Assembly: GCA_036657515.1 (NCBI GenBank)
Contig: JAVXGI010000004.1
Location: 1-62,441, forward strand
Origin: Bacilli bacterium
GTDB lineage: Bacteria; Bacillota_I; Bacilli_A; RFN20; CAG-826
Direction: 5' to 3'
DNA: 62,441 nt
Shown: positions 43,618-54,378 of the stretch, in pieces
Position numbering within the stretch: position 1 is the first letter of the stretch
Layout: every line of letters begins with the position of its first letter
Position numbers and translations under genes: made by a program
Notes under the pieces: model-generated
What the model saw: only the letters and a program-made list of their open reading frames with translations
Told to the model about the DNA's origin: nothing
Database searches by the model: none

Positions 43618-44928
43618 TTATGATTTTTTTCTTAAAATAATATTAATTGGAGTGGCATCAAAATCAAAGGTTGATCTCAATTTATTTTCAATATATCTCT
43701 TATAACTAAAATGCATCCAAAGTGGATCATTGACAAATAAAACAATGGTTGGTGGTTGAACTCCTACTTGTTGTGCGAAATAAATTTTGCATCTTCCCCC
43801 ATGAAAATCTGGAGCTTCATTTAATATTTGAGCTTGTTGAATAACTTCGTTTAGAATGCTTGTTTGAATTCTTCTATTATATGCATCAAATGCCTTATCT
43901 AGCATTTCAAACAATGTATGAATACGTGTGCCTTTAAGTGCACTTAGATAAACAATTGGAGCATAGTCAACAAATTTAAATTCTTCTCTTAGTTTTTTTG
44001 TAAATACATCCATTGTATATTGATCTTTTACAACAAGATCCCATTTATTTACAGCTATAATAATGCCTTTGTTTTTTTCCATTGCGTAACTTAAAACGTG
44101 CTTATCTTGTTCTTTAATTCCTTCGCTTCCATCGATCATTAAAATAGCAAGAGTTGATCTATCAATTGCTTCCATGGCTCTAAGTAAAGCATACTTATCA
44201 ATTGATTCATAAATTTGTCCACGTTTTTTTATTCCTGCCGTATCGACAACACAATATAATTTTCCGTTGCGTTTAAAATATGAGTCGGTAGAATCACGTG
44301 TCGTTCCTTCAATTTCTGAAACAATGGCTCTTTCATTACCTAAAATAGCATTTACTAGTGAAGACTTTCCAACATTTGGTCTGCCAATTACACAAAAACT
44401 AAGTGCATCAATTTCAGGAACTTCTTCAACTCTTGGTAGTTTCTTAATTATTTCATCTAAAACATCACCAATTCCAATGCCATGTGCCCCAGACACTGCA
44501 ATAGGTGTACCTAATCCTAAACTATAGAATTCATGAATATTAGCCATAGATTCTGTGTTATCAATTTTGTTAACAGCAAGAATAACTGGTTTTCCGCATT
44601 TATATAATAATTTAGCAACATATTTATCATCACTTACTAAACCCATTTGCCCATCCACAACAAAAATAATAACATCAGCTTCTGTAATAGCAATTTCAGC
44701 TTGAGCTTTTATTTGTTCTTGAAATGGACGTTTTTTTAATTCAATTCCGCCTGTATCAATAAGAGAAAAATGAACACCAAGCCACTCAGAGGTAGCATAG
44801 ATTCTATCGCGAGTAACTCCAGGTTCATCATCAATAATTGACTTTCTTTCTCCAACTATTCTATTAAATATTGTTGATTTACCAACGTTTGGTGAACCAA
44901 TAATTGCAACTGTTCCAACTTTACGCAT
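43618..44928 (-). CDS. der: Ribosome-biogenesis GTPase Der (EngA)
   Basis: Two tandem G domains (GSPNVGKST and GRPNVGKSS, DTGG/DTAG, NKID/NKWD) plus a KH-like C-terminus. Confidence 0.95.
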   Translation of the reverse strand: MRKVGTVAIIGSPNVGKSTIFNRIVGERKSIIDDEPGVTRDRIYATSEWLGVHFSLIDTGGIELKKRPFQEQIKAQAEIAITEADVIIFVVDGQMGLVSDDKYVAKLLYKCGKPVILAVNKIDNTESMANIHEFYSLGLGTPIAVSGAHGIGIGDVLDEIIKKLPRVEEVPEIDALSFCVIGRPNVGKSSLVNAILGNERAIVSEIEGTTRDSTDSYFKRNGKLYCVVDTAGIKKRGQIYESIDKYALLRAMEAIDRSTLAILMIDGSEGIKEQDKHVLSYAMEKNKGIIIAVNKWDLVVKDQYTMDVFTKKLREEFKFVDYAPIVYLSALKGTRIHTLFEMLDKAFDAYNRRIQTSILNEVIQQAQILNEAPDFHGGRCKIYFAQQVGVQPPTIVLFVNDPLWMHFSYKRYIENKLRSTFDFDATPINIILRKKS

Positions 44929-45604
44929 TAAGATTACCTCCTAAATGCTCTTTTATAATGGAAATAATAATTTCTTTAACTTCTTCAAGACTTTTACAAG
45001 TTGTATCTAAAATAATGCTATCATCAGCAGGTTTAAGAGGTGCAAACTTTCTATTAGAGTCAATAAAATCGCGTTTCTTTAAATCAGCTAAGACATCTTC
45101 AAACGAACAAGGAATACCTTTTTCTTTGTTTTCTAAAAATCTTCTATTAGCTCTCTCATTAACATCAGCAATTTGAAATATTTTTACATCAGCTTTTGGT
45201 AAAACATATGTTCCAATATCACGTCCATCCATCACACAGTTTCCTAAAGAAGCTAACTTTCTTTGAATAACTACTAAATCTTTTCTTATTGCAGGATAAG
45301 AAGCAATATAAGAAACATTGCTTGAAACATTAAATTCACGAATAATATGAGTTACATCTTCTTTGTTGCAAGTTACTGTTCCATCAACTGATAAAATAAT
45401 ATCAACAGATCCAACTAACGAACATGCTTCTTCCTCATTTTGAGGATCTAATCCAGCCTTAAGCACAGCGTAGGTAAAAGCCCTGTACATTGCACCCGTA
45501 TCAATGTAGATAAAATTTAATTCTTTTGCCACACGTTTTGCAACGCTGCTTTTACCTGCGGCGGCAGGTCCATCAATTGCAATTTGTAAATATTTGTTTT
45601 TCAT
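44921..45604 (-). CDS. cmk: Cytidylate kinase
   Basis: IAIDGPAAAGKSS P-loop and DGRDIGT. ATG at 45604 is preferred over the track GTG at 45616. Confidence 0.9.
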   Translation of the reverse strand: MKNKYLQIAIDGPAAAGKSSVAKRVAKELNFIYIDTGAMYRAFTYAVLKAGLDPQNEEEACSLVGSVDIILSVDGTVTCNKEDVTHIIREFNVSSNVSYIASYPAIRKDLVVIQRKLASLGNCVMDGRDIGTYVLPKADVKIFQIADVNERANRRFLENKEKGIPCSFEDVLADLKKRDFIDSNRKFAPLKPADDSIILDTTCKSLEEVKEIIISIIKEHLGGNLNA

Positions 45605-45619
45605 ATTATTTCTCACTTT

Positions 45620-45916
45620 CTAACTTTTAAATATAAAATATCCAGCAACAACTAATACAACCGTACACATTAAAATCACAATAGACACAAGAGTCAATTT
45701 GGCTCGATATATTTCATGAAATTCTTTACTAAAAATAATACTTTTCTCATCATTAATTGATTTAGTCTCTAAAGACGAGAAACAGTCATCACTCTTTTGC
45801 ACATTTAAATGTTTTGGTCTGTATATGGATGTTGAGTGATATTTTTCTTTAAATTTACCTATAAAAATCTGATCCCTATATTTAGAATATAGTTTTCCTC
45901 TGTTGCTTGCTTCCAT
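45620..45916 (-). CDS. Small C-terminally membrane-anchored protein, unknown function
   Basis: 98 aa with a single C-terminal TM (LTLVSIVILMCTVVLVVAGYFIF). Upstream of cmk. Confidence 0.5.
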   Translation of the reverse strand: MEASNRGKLYSKYRDQIFIGKFKEKYHSTSIYRPKHLNVQKSDDCFSSLETKSINDEKSIIFSKEFHEIYRAKLTLVSIVILMCTVVLVVAGYFIFKS

Positions 45917-46043
45917 ACTTTATTATTATATAGATATTTATTTATATTTAATAGATGCCATAGTAATTATTTTCTTTATTTACAAATATTTATATATTAA
46001 GCAACGCTTTTATTTAAATCTCCTCTTTCATTAATTATTTTAT

Positions 46044-46072
46044 TTGATTTGATACGATTAATATTTTATAAT
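46044..46072 (+). promoter_or_regulatory. Ferredoxin promoter TTGATT-17-TATAAT
   Basis: TTGATT (46044-46049), 17-nt spacer, TATAAT (46067-46072). GGAGGA SD at 46081-46086. Confidence 0.6.
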
Positions 46073-46092
46073 CAATGCACGGAGGATTTAAT

Positions 46093-46272
46093 ATGCCAAA
46101 GAAATTAAGTGTTAATAAAGAAGCATGTATTGGTTGTGGTTTATGTAACGCAACTTACCCTGAAGCTTTCCAATTTGACGACGAAGGAAAAGCAGAAGTC
46201 GTCGGTGAAGTTGAAGAAGGAGTCGTCGCAGAAGTAATTGGTAGTTGCCCAGTAGGCGCTATTGAAGAATAA
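46093..46272 (+). CDS. Small [4Fe-4S] ferredoxin
   Basis: 59 aa with CIGCGLC...CP cluster ligands. ATG at 46093 follows GGAGGA. Confidence 0.85.
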   Translation: MPKKLSVNKEACIGCGLCNATYPEAFQFDDEGKAEVVGEVEEGVVAEVIGSCPVGAIEE

Positions 46273-46284
46273 TTAAAATCAAAT

Positions 46285-46310
46285 AAAAAAAATTTCTTCG
46301 GAAATTTTTT
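46285..46310. terminator. Bidirectional terminator between convergent ferredoxin and parB genes
   Basis: AAATTTC (46290-46296) / GAAATTT (46301-46307), loop TTCG, flanked by an A-run and a T-run. Confidence 0.6.
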
Positions 46311-47144
46311 TTATTTCATTAAGCTTTTCATATACGCAGCCATTTTTCTTTTACTTTTAAAATTAATACGAATTGAGTTTCGTGTGATTCTAACGCTTTT
46401 TGCAGCTAATTTTTCTTTGATTAATTCTTCTGCTTCCGAAACAACATTATCTGAGTTATAGTTTCGTACTAAACTTTCTACATCTCTAACTGATAAATCA
46501 TTTTTAATTATTTTAGGAATAATAGAGTTAATTTTTTCTTTTGATAAATTTACAATAATTTTAGCATGGCCATAAGATATCTCATTGTTTGATAATTGAA
46601 TAAGAACTTCTTTTGGTAATTTTAGTATTCTTATAAGATTCGATACTTGCCCAATTGATTGTTTAGTAATTTCTGCTAAAGATGTTTTAGTATAAGCTTT
46701 ATCTACTGCTAAAAATTGATAAAGTGAAGCAAGTTCAACAACGTTATGTTGATTTTGTTCTAAAATATAAAATAGTTCCATCAAACAAGCTTCTTCATCT
46801 TCAAGTTCTACAACAATCATTGGTAGATTTGGACGATTCATTTTTTTATAAGCATAATATCTTTTTCTACCAACAACAATTTCATATTTTCCATCAACAA
46901 ATCTACCAACTGTTGGTTGAATTATGTCTTTGTTTTTAATTGAAGCAACAATGTTATCAACAGCTTTGTTGTCAAGTGGACAAAATTTTAAAAATTTAGA
47001 ATCAACAACATCAGACATTGAAATATTAATTGTGTGATTATCAGAATAGGCTTTATCGATTTTTAAAATGACGCCTAAATCAGACGACTTTTTTAAAATC
47101 GATTCAAGATCTTTTTTTAAAATTTTGTTATCTTTTTTCACCAT
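46311..47144 (-). CDS. parB: ParB/Spo0J-family partition protein (divergent)
   Basis: Position downstream of parA. ParB-box-like region IVVGRKRYYAYKKM, HTH SLAEITKQSIGQVSNLIRILKLP. ATG at 47144 has GAGGT 9 nt upstream. Confidence 0.65.
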   Translation of the reverse strand: MVKKDNKILKKDLESILKKSSDLGVILKIDKAYSDNHTINISMSDVVDSKFLKFCPLDNKAVDNIVASIKNKDIIQPTVGRFVDGKYEIVVGRKRYYAYKKMNRPNLPMIVVELEDEEACLMELFYILEQNQHNVVELASLYQFLAVDKAYTKTSLAEITKQSIGQVSNLIRILKLPKEVLIQLSNNEISYGHAKIIVNLSKEKINSIIPKIIKNDLSVRDVESLVRNYNSDNVVSEAEELIKEKLAAKSVRITRNSIRINFKSKRKMAAYMKSLMK

Positions 47145-47898
47145 TTTCAAGGACCTCACGAGCTAAAGCTAAGTAAGATAAAGAACCGGCGGATGTTGGT
47201 CTAAAAATTGTAACAGGAATACCTTGAGCTTGAGCTTCAGGTAAAGATATATTGCGAGGAATTGTTGTAATAAATGTGTTTTCTTTAAAAAGACCTCTTA
47301 TTTGTGATCCTATTTCTACACATAATTTTGTACGTGGATCATACATTGTTAATAAGAATCCTTCTATATCTAACTTTGAATTATATATAGATTTAATACG
47401 TTTAATTGTAGCAAGAATTTGTGCAACAGCATTAAGAGCGAAATACTCACATTGAACAGGAATTAGTACACTATCTGCTGCAGCTAATGCATTAATAGAT
47501 AAGAATCCTAATGAAGGCGGGCAATCTAAAATAATATAGTCATATGGTTTAGTTAATTTATCAATATTGTTTTTAAGTAAAAATTGTGGTTGATAAGAAT
47601 AACTTGTTGCTCCAGCTTCAATCGAAGCTAAATTAATATTACTAGGAACAATCTCTAAATTAGGCATTGATGTTTTTTTAATGGCTTTATTAATATCGGT
47701 TTCATTAATAAAGACATTATATAAAGTTTTAGATAAATTAAGAGAATCTATTCCTAATCCAGCTGAGGCATTTCCTTGTGGATCGCAGTCAATTAAAAGA
47801 ACTCTCTTCCCTAAAGAAGAAAGTGAAGACGACAAACATATCGATGAAGTGGTTTTGCCAACTCCACCTTTTTGGTTAGCGACTGCGATAATTTTCAT
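47128..47898 (-). CDS. parA: ParA/Soj chromosome-partitioning ATPase
   Basis: Deviant Walker A NQKGGVGKTT and ILDCPPSLG. Confidence 0.9.
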   Translation of the reverse strand: MKIIAVANQKGGVGKTTSSICLSSSLSSLGKRVLLIDCDPQGNASAGLGIDSLNLSKTLYNVFINETDINKAIKKTSMPNLEIVPSNINLASIEAGATSYSYQPQFLLKNNIDKLTKPYDYIILDCPPSLGFLSINALAAADSVLIPVQCEYFALNAVAQILATIKRIKSIYNSKLDIEGFLLTMYDPRTKLCVEIGSQIRGLFKENTFITTIPRNISLPEAQAQGIPVTIFRPTSAGSLSYLALAREVLENGEKR

Positions 47899-47936
47899 AA
47901 TAACATTTTACACTATAAACGTTCTAATTAATATTA

Positions 47937-48650
47937 TTACTTTAATGGATTAGCTTTAATTGCTGCATAAGCACGAGGATATTTATGTTCTATTTTTTTA
48001 AGTTTTTTAAGATAAATTAATGCACGAGGAATAGTATCGGTATCTAACATATACTTAGTAATATTCTCAATCTTTGATTCTAATTTTTTAAAACAATTAC
48101 CAGCTTCTTTTATTTCTTCTTCAAATGAAGCACCTTTATATGCAATAAAATATCCATTTACTTTAACAAATGGTAATACTAATTCACTAATAATATTAAG
48201 ATGAGAAACTGCTCTTGATACTCCAATATCAAACTTTTCAATATAATTATGTGGTAGATCTTCTGATCTAGCATTAAGAATAGTAACATTATCTAATTTT
48301 AGTTTTAAACATAATGCTTTTAAAAATACACATCTTTTAGTTGTTGGCTCTACTAAAGTAAGATTAATACTTGGGCAACATAAAAGAAGTGGTATACCTG
48401 GAAATCCTGCTCCCGTTCCAACATCAATTACCTTTTTTCCTGCAAAAGAAAATTCAAATAATGGAAGAATTGAATCATAAAAATGTTTTGCAATTACTTC
48501 AGACTCAAGAGTAATAGCAGTTAAGTTATATTTTGAATTTTCTTCGACCAAAAATTCGAAATAAGTACGAAAATCACTGCAAATCGTGCGTGCTTTTGTT
48601 TCATCTTTAATAAGTTCATTAATTTTTAATGTCAAATCTTCGAAATTCAT
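47937..48650 (-). CDS. rsmG: 16S rRNA m7G527 methyltransferase
   Basis: 237 aa. SAM-binding DVGTGAGFPGIPL. Downstream of mnmG. Confidence 0.9.
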   Translation of the reverse strand: MNFEDLTLKINELIKDETKARTICSDFRTYFEFLVEENSKYNLTAITLESEVIAKHFYDSILPLFEFSFAGKKVIDVGTGAGFPGIPLLLCCPSINLTLVEPTTKRCVFLKALCLKLKLDNVTILNARSEDLPHNYIEKFDIGVSRAVSHLNIISELVLPFVKVNGYFIAYKGASFEEEIKEAGNCFKKLESKIENITKYMLDTDTIPRALIYLKKLKKIEHKYPRAYAAIKANPLK

Positions 48651-50536
48651 TTAACTTTCCCCGCTCTTTTTTTAGATAAATATAAGTTTAAAATAGTAAT
48701 ATCGCTTGGATTAATTCCTGATATTCTACTAGCTTGACCAATAGAAATAGGTTTAATTTTATCAAGTTTAGTTCTTGCTTCTAAGGCTAAACCATCAATA
48801 TGTAGGTAATCTAAATCTTCAGGTAATTTAATATTTTCAAGTTTAAGAAGTTTATCAGCATCGGATTTTTGTTTTTTAATATAGCCCTCATATTTTACAG
48901 CAATTTCAACTTGACGTAAAATAAGCCTAGATAAATTTAAATTAGATAAATTAGGAAAACATGCGAACACTTTAAGAAGTTCACTATCAGGATGTTTAAT
49001 AATATCAGCAATCGTCACACCTCTTCTATAAGTTTCACCATTATTAATTTCTTTATAATATTTATCCAGTGCTTCGTTTTCACCAATATGTGTAACGGAT
49101 AAATATGTAATTAAATCAGATTCTATTTTTTCCTTTTCAAGAAATTTAGTATATAGTTCATCACTAATTGTTGCAAATTTATGAGCATATTTTCTAAGTC
49201 TTATATCAGCGTTATCACTACGTAACAATAATCTAAATTCAGCACGTGAAGAAAGTAATCTATAAGGATCTTTTATTCCTTTATTAACAATATCATCAAT
49301 CATAACTCCAATATAGGATTCATCTCTTCCCATAATAAATGGTTCTTCTTTACGAAGTCTAAGAACAGCATTTATTCCAGCAACAAGTCCTAATCCACCA
49401 GCTTCTTCGTATCCTGATGTACCACATATTTGACCAGCAATATAAAGTCCAGGATAAGATTTTAACATTAATGTCTTATCAAATTGAAGTGGATCAATTG
49501 CATCATATTCAATAGCATAAGCATACTTTAAAATAATAGCATCTTCTAAACCTAGTAATGAATGAACCATCTTAAGTTGTACTTCTCGTGGCATTGAAGT
49601 TGAAAAACCTTGTAAATAATATGAATCAGTTAATCTTGATTCTGGTTCTAAAAACAATTGATGTCTTGGTTTATCTGCAAATCTAACAATCTTATCTTCA
49701 ATAGAAGGACAATACCTAGGACCAACTCCTTCTACTAGTCCACTATACATTGCAGATAACATTAAATTATCTCTTATTATTTGATGTGTAGTAGGTTCTG
49801 TATAAATTAAATAACACGGAAGTTGTTTATTAAAAGGAACGTATTCTGTTGTTTCATAAGAAAAAGCTAATTCATCATCCGTTCCTAATTCTTCATGCAT
49901 TTTACTAAAATCAATTGAACTCTTTTTAATTCTTTGAGGAGTACCGGTTTTTAGTCTAATAAGGTCTATCCCCATTTTATCACGTAAAAATGGGGATAGA
50001 CCTAAAGATGGTTCTTCTCCATCTGGTCCTGCCATCACTTTTTCGTGACCAACAAGAATATCACTTTCCATATATGTTCCCGTTGTTAAAATAACAGAAT
50101 CACCTTTTATTTCTTCTCCGGTTTTAAGTTTTACTCCAGCAACAACATTATTATCTAATATAAGTTCAGTTACCATTCCTTCAATTAAGTCGAGATTTGC
50201 AGTGTTTTTGAGCATTTCTAAAACACGTTCAGGATAAGCAAGCTTATCTTGTTGTGCTCTTAAGCACTGAACGCCAGGTCCTTTACCTGTATTAAGCATC
50301 TTTAATTGTAAATAGTTAACATCAGCTGCTTTACCCATTAATCCACCTAAAGCATCTATTTCACGTACAACAATACCTTTTGCAGATCCACCAATTGATG
50401 GATTACAGGGCATGTTGGCAACTTTATTAAAATTAAGAGTAATAAGTAAGGTTTTACAACCCATTTTTGCAGCAATGTGAGCAGCTTCAACGCCAGCATG
50501 CCCGCCGCCAACTACTATAACTGAATATTTCGTCAT
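48647..50536 (-). CDS. mnmG: tRNA uridine 5-carboxymethylaminomethyl modification enzyme
   Basis: 629 aa. FAD motif VVGGGHAGVEAA and GPRYCPSIEDK. Confidence 0.95.
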   Translation of the reverse strand: MTKYSVIVVGGGHAGVEAAHIAAKMGCKTLLITLNFNKVANMPCNPSIGGSAKGIVVREIDALGGLMGKAADVNYLQLKMLNTGKGPGVQCLRAQQDKLAYPERVLEMLKNTANLDLIEGMVTELILDNNVVAGVKLKTGEEIKGDSVILTTGTYMESDILVGHEKVMAGPDGEEPSLGLSPFLRDKMGIDLIRLKTGTPQRIKKSSIDFSKMHEELGTDDELAFSYETTEYVPFNKQLPCYLIYTEPTTHQIIRDNLMLSAMYSGLVEGVGPRYCPSIEDKIVRFADKPRHQLFLEPESRLTDSYYLQGFSTSMPREVQLKMVHSLLGLEDAIILKYAYAIEYDAIDPLQFDKTLMLKSYPGLYIAGQICGTSGYEEAGGLGLVAGINAVLRLRKEEPFIMGRDESYIGVMIDDIVNKGIKDPYRLLSSRAEFRLLLRSDNADIRLRKYAHKFATISDELYTKFLEKEKIESDLITYLSVTHIGENEALDKYYKEINNGETYRRGVTIADIIKHPDSELLKVFACFPNLSNLNLSRLILRQVEIAVKYEGYIKKQKSDADKLLKLENIKLPEDLDYLHIDGLALEARTKLDKIKPISIGQASRISGINPSDITILNLYLSKKRAGKVK

Positions 50537-50539
50537 ATT

Positions 50540-51940
50540 TTAGCCAATGCTTCCTTCCATGTCCATCTTGATAAGTTGATTGAGTTCTACGGCGTATTCC
50601 ATTGGCAATTCTTTTGAAAATGGTTCAATAAATCCCATAATAATCATTTGCATAGCATCTTTTCTTGTGATGCCTCTCGACATTAAATAAAATAATTGGT
50701 CTTCTGATATTTTAGAAACACTTGCTTCATGTTCAATAAATGAGGTGTTATTTCTCACTTCGTTTGTTGGAATAGTATCAGATTTTGATTTATTATCGAC
50801 AATTAAAGTATCGCATTCAACATGTGCCTTACAATTTGTAGCATTTTTTTCAATTCTTACAGTACCACGATAATTTGCTTCTCCACCATTTTTAACAATA
50901 GATTTTGAAATAATATTAGAAGTTGTATTAGGTGCTAAATGAATCATTCTTGCTCCAGCATCTTGAATTTGACCGTGAGAAGCTACAGCAATCGAAATAC
51001 AATTTCCTTTAGCGCCTTCTCCTGCTAATATGCAAGCAGGATATTTCATATTAATTTGAGAACCTATATTTCCATCTATCCAATCCATAGATGCATTTTT
51101 CATACATAATGCACGTTTAGTAACAAGATTTACGATATTATCAGACCAATTTTGAATAGTACTATATCTACATTTACCACCATCAAGAATAACAATTTCA
51201 ACAACAGCAGCATGTAATGAATCTTTAGAGTGAATTGGAGCAGTACAGCCTTCAACATAATGTACATCAGCTCCTTCATCAACAATAATAAGCGTTCTTT
51301 CAAATTGCCCCATTTTTTCATTATTTATTCTAAAATAAGATTGTAATGGTTTCTCAAGTTTTACACCTTTTGGAACATAAATAAATGATCCACCCGACCA
51401 AACTGCTCCGTTTAATGCACTAAATTTATTATCAGCAAAAGGAATTACACTATTAAAATATTTCTTAAAAAGATCTGGATAAAGTTTTAATGCCTGATCA
51501 GTTGAAAGAAAAACAACACCTTTTTCTTCAACTTCTTTTAGCATATTATGATACACAACTTCACTTTCGTATTGAGTACTTACTCCTGCTAAATATTTTT
51601 GTTCAGCTTCCGGAATTCCTAATTTTTGAAATGTGTTTTTAATCGTTTCTGGTACTTCATCCCAACTTTTTTCTTCCTTAGCAGAAGATCTAATAAAATA
51701 AGTATATGAATCAAAATCTAACATGCCTAAATTTGGACCAAATTTAGGCATCGGAAGTTTTGTAAAAGCATCAAAAGCCTTAAGTCTAAAATTAAGCATC
51801 CGTTCTGGTTCGTTTTTAAGATTAGATATTTCTCTTACTGTTTCTATACTTAATCCTAGTGCAGTTTTAGTAATTGATTTATCTTCGTCACTAAATCCAT
51901 ATTTATATTCTTTATCTTCTTCATAAAAATTCTTTTTCAT
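50540..51940 (-). CDS. sufB: Fe-S cluster assembly scaffold SufB
   Basis: 466 aa from ATG 51940 (MKKNFYEED), which overlaps the sufU stop by 1 nt (TAATG). Conserved C-terminal FYLMSRGI...FIEPF region. Confidence 0.95.
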   Translation of the reverse strand: MKKNFYEEDKEYKYGFSDEDKSITKTALGLSIETVREISNLKNEPERMLNFRLKAFDAFTKLPMPKFGPNLGMLDFDSYTYFIRSSAKEEKSWDEVPETIKNTFQKLGIPEAEQKYLAGVSTQYESEVVYHNMLKEVEEKGVVFLSTDQALKLYPDLFKKYFNSVIPFADNKFSALNGAVWSGGSFIYVPKGVKLEKPLQSYFRINNEKMGQFERTLIIVDEGADVHYVEGCTAPIHSKDSLHAAVVEIVILDGGKCRYSTIQNWSDNIVNLVTKRALCMKNASMDWIDGNIGSQINMKYPACILAGEGAKGNCISIAVASHGQIQDAGARMIHLAPNTTSNIISKSIVKNGGEANYRGTVRIEKNATNCKAHVECDTLIVDNKSKSDTIPTNEVRNNTSFIEHEASVSKISEDQLFYLMSRGITRKDAMQMIIMGFIEPFSKELPMEYAVELNQLIKMDMEGSIG

Positions 51941-52368
51941 TACTTTATTAACTCCGTTAATGCATTCCATCCAATAGTAGCACATTTAATTCTTGCTGCT
52001 TGTTTAGAAGTATTAATAAAAACTAAAGCTTCATCTAGAACACTATCATCATATTTTTCTTCATTAATCATAGCTTTATATTGCGTAATGATATAATTTG
52101 CTTCAGCTTTAGTTTTTCCACGCATTAAATCACACATAATATCAGTTGAAGAGGTAGCAATAGCACAAGCTACTCCATCAAAACATATATCATCAATAAT
52201 ATCATTTTTAAGTTTAACATAGACATAAATGTCATCAATACAACTTGTGCTATCCATGTGAATAACCTGAAAATCCTTAGGTTCTGCAGGGGTTTTCTTA
52301 TTATTTGGAGTATTGTAATGATCCATTATTATTTCCCTCATCATTTCTGGGCTAATTGAAATAGGCAT
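51940..52368 (-). CDS. sufU: Zinc-dependent sulfurtransferase SufU (IscU-like)
   Basis: 142 aa. Cys ligands in [19 protein letters not shown] and RIKCATIGW. Confidence 0.9.
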   Translation of the reverse strand: MPISISPEMMREIIMDHYNTPNNKKTPAEPKDFQVIHMDSTSCIDDIYVYVKLKNDIIDDICFDGVACAIATSSTDIMCDLMRGKTKAEANYIITQYKAMINEEKYDDSVLDEALVFINTSKQAARIKCATIGWNALTELIK

Positions 52369-53584
52369 CTAAATAATTACCTCCATTTTCTAAAGCTTCA
52401 ACAAATTCATCGATATCTTCTTTTGAATTGTAAAAATAAAAACTAGCTCTAACAGTAGCATCACATCCTAATAAATCCATTAATATTTTTGCACAGTGTT
52501 GTCCAGATCTTACACAAATTCCTTGAGAATTTAAGTACGTTGCTTCATCTTGTGCAAAAACATTTTTATAGTTAAATGTAATTATTCCACCCGTTGCATC
52601 AGGGTTATATATAATTAAGTTTTTATTCTTTTTTAATTTTTCAATTGCATAAATTCTTAATTCTTCTTCATACTTTTGGATATTATCCATACCAATAGAT
52701 TCAAGATATTCAACAGCAGCTTTTAGTCCAAATATACCTGCTATATTTTGGGTACCTGCTTCAAATTTTATTGGAGGATTTAAATAACGAACATCACCAC
52801 ACATATCAAATTTAATATTCATGCCACCACCTGTTAAAAATGGTTCTGTTTTTGTAAGTAAATTAAACTTACCATACATAATTCCAATTCCAGTAGGTCC
52901 GCACATTTTATGGCCACTAAATGATAAAAAATCTATATCCCAATCTTTAACATCAGTTTTAATATGAGGAACAGATTGTGCTCCATCAACCATTACTAGC
53001 ACATTATGTTTATGAGCAATCTTTGTAATTGCTTTAATATCATTTACATATCCTAAAACATTAGTAACATGAGCAATACATAATAATTTTGTATGTTCAT
53101 TAATAGATTTTTCTAAGTTTTCAAGAGTTAATTTACCATCTTGTGTTAAAGGAATATAAGATATCTTACATCCAGTTAATTCACTTATTTTAAACCAAGG
53201 TAATACATTGCTTGCATGTTCTGCTTGTGTAATTAATATTTCATCTTCTTTTTTAAGATGAGTAAATCCATATCCATAAGCAAGAAGATTAATAGACATC
53301 GATGTTCCTGCTGTAAAAACCACTTCTGAAGGATCAGCATTAATAAAACGTGCTACTGCACTACGAGCTTCTTCAATAGTTGCATCAACATAATGCGCAA
53401 CATCATAATCTCCTCGATGAGAGTTAACACTATACGTTGTGTAATAAGAAGAAATAGCATCAAGGACACACTGTGGCTTAAATGATGTTGCAGCATTGTC
53501 TAAATAGACAAAACGTTTGCCTTGCATGGTCTTATTTGTTTTAAACATTGGAAAATCATCCCTAATTTTGTTTACATCAAACAT
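52352..53584 (-). CDS. sufS: Cysteine desulfurase SufS
   Basis: PLP lysine SFSGHKMCGPTG and catalytic Cys RSGQHCA. Confidence 0.95.
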   Translation of the reverse strand: MFDVNKIRDDFPMFKTNKTMQGKRFVYLDNAATSFKPQCVLDAISSYYTTYSVNSHRGDYDVAHYVDATIEEARSAVARFINADPSEVVFTAGTSMSINLLAYGYGFTHLKKEDEILITQAEHASNVLPWFKISELTGCKISYIPLTQDGKLTLENLEKSINEHTKLLCIAHVTNVLGYVNDIKAITKIAHKHNVLVMVDGAQSVPHIKTDVKDWDIDFLSFSGHKMCGPTGIGIMYGKFNLLTKTEPFLTGGGMNIKFDMCGDVRYLNPPIKFEAGTQNIAGIFGLKAAVEYLESIGMDNIQKYEEELRIYAIEKLKKNKNLIIYNPDATGGIITFNYKNVFAQDEATYLNSQGICVRSGQHCAKILMDLLGCDATVRASFYFYNSKEDIDEFVEALENGGNYLDAYFN

Positions 53585-53586
53585 AA

Positions 53587-54378
53587 CTAAATTCTTTCCT
53601 CCAATAGTGCTTCTAAACTACGCACTTCTTCTTCAGTATAATTAACAAAGATAGGTTTTAAATAACCTAATGTAATTAAGTTTCTTGTTTCTTTTTCACT
53701 AATGCCACGACTCATTAAATAAAATACATGCATATCATTAAGAGTACCAACAGCAGCAGCATGATTTGCTTGTACTTCTCTATTATCAATTTTTAAAATA
53801 GGATCAGCTTTAGCCTTACAACCTTCATCAAATACAATTATTTTTGCTTTTTGATTAGCAATTGAATTAATAGCCATCTTTTCAATATGAGAAATTCCAT
53901 CAAAATATAAAGTAGAATTACCCGTACAAACTCCATAATTATTCATTAATGATTTAGTGTTTTCTCCAATATGATTAAAGGAAATATTATATTTTTTAAT
54001 GTCTTTATTTAAACTAAGAGATGATAAATTCCAAACAGAAGTAGAATTATCTCCATTAAGTATTATATGAGAGAAAAAATTAATATTTCCGATGTTAAAA
54101 TCAACCAGAGAAACATTAAGAGATGAATCTTTTTCAACAAGTCCTCTAAAAATAGTATTAATTTCGCCATCATTTAAAACAATACGCAAATCAATTTTGC
54201 TATTTTGACCAATACTAATATTAAGCGTTTTTAAAATTGATAAATCTAGCAATTTTATTTTGGCTTTTATATTATCTTTTACAAATATCACTGCAGAACT
54301 CAACTTATTTTCTTTAAAGTCGATAGTAATATCATCTTCATCTGCAATATAAATGGAACTATTTAAACTATTTTCCAT
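53587..54378 (-). CDS. sufD: SufD (short form)
   Basis: C-terminal beta-helix and FYLMSRGI motif. Only about 263 aa from ATG 54378 (the track TTG start at 54414 gives 275 aa), so it is shorter than typical SufD. Confidence 0.8.
   Translation of the reverse strand: MENSLNSSIYIADEDDITIDFKENKLSSAVIFVKDNIKAKIKLLDLSILKTLNISIGQNSKIDLRIVLNDGEINTIFRGLVEKDSSLNVSLVDFNIGNINFFSHIILNGDNSTSVWNLSSLSLNKDIKKYNISFNHIGENTKSLMNNYGVCTGNSTLYFDGISHIEKMAINSIANQKAKIIVFDEGCKAKADPILKIDNREVQANHAAAVGTLNDMHVFYLMSRGISEKETRNLITLGYLKPIFVNYTEEEVRSLEALLEERI

Noticed and set aside
46311-50536. Possible replication origin near parAB-rsmG-mnmG
   Set aside because: I found no cluster of DnaA boxes (TTATCCACA or its complement) in the adjacent intergenic regions (45917-46092, 47899-47936), and dnaA is not in the window. 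Isolated near-matches (for example TGTGGATAG at 28-36) are single occurrences.
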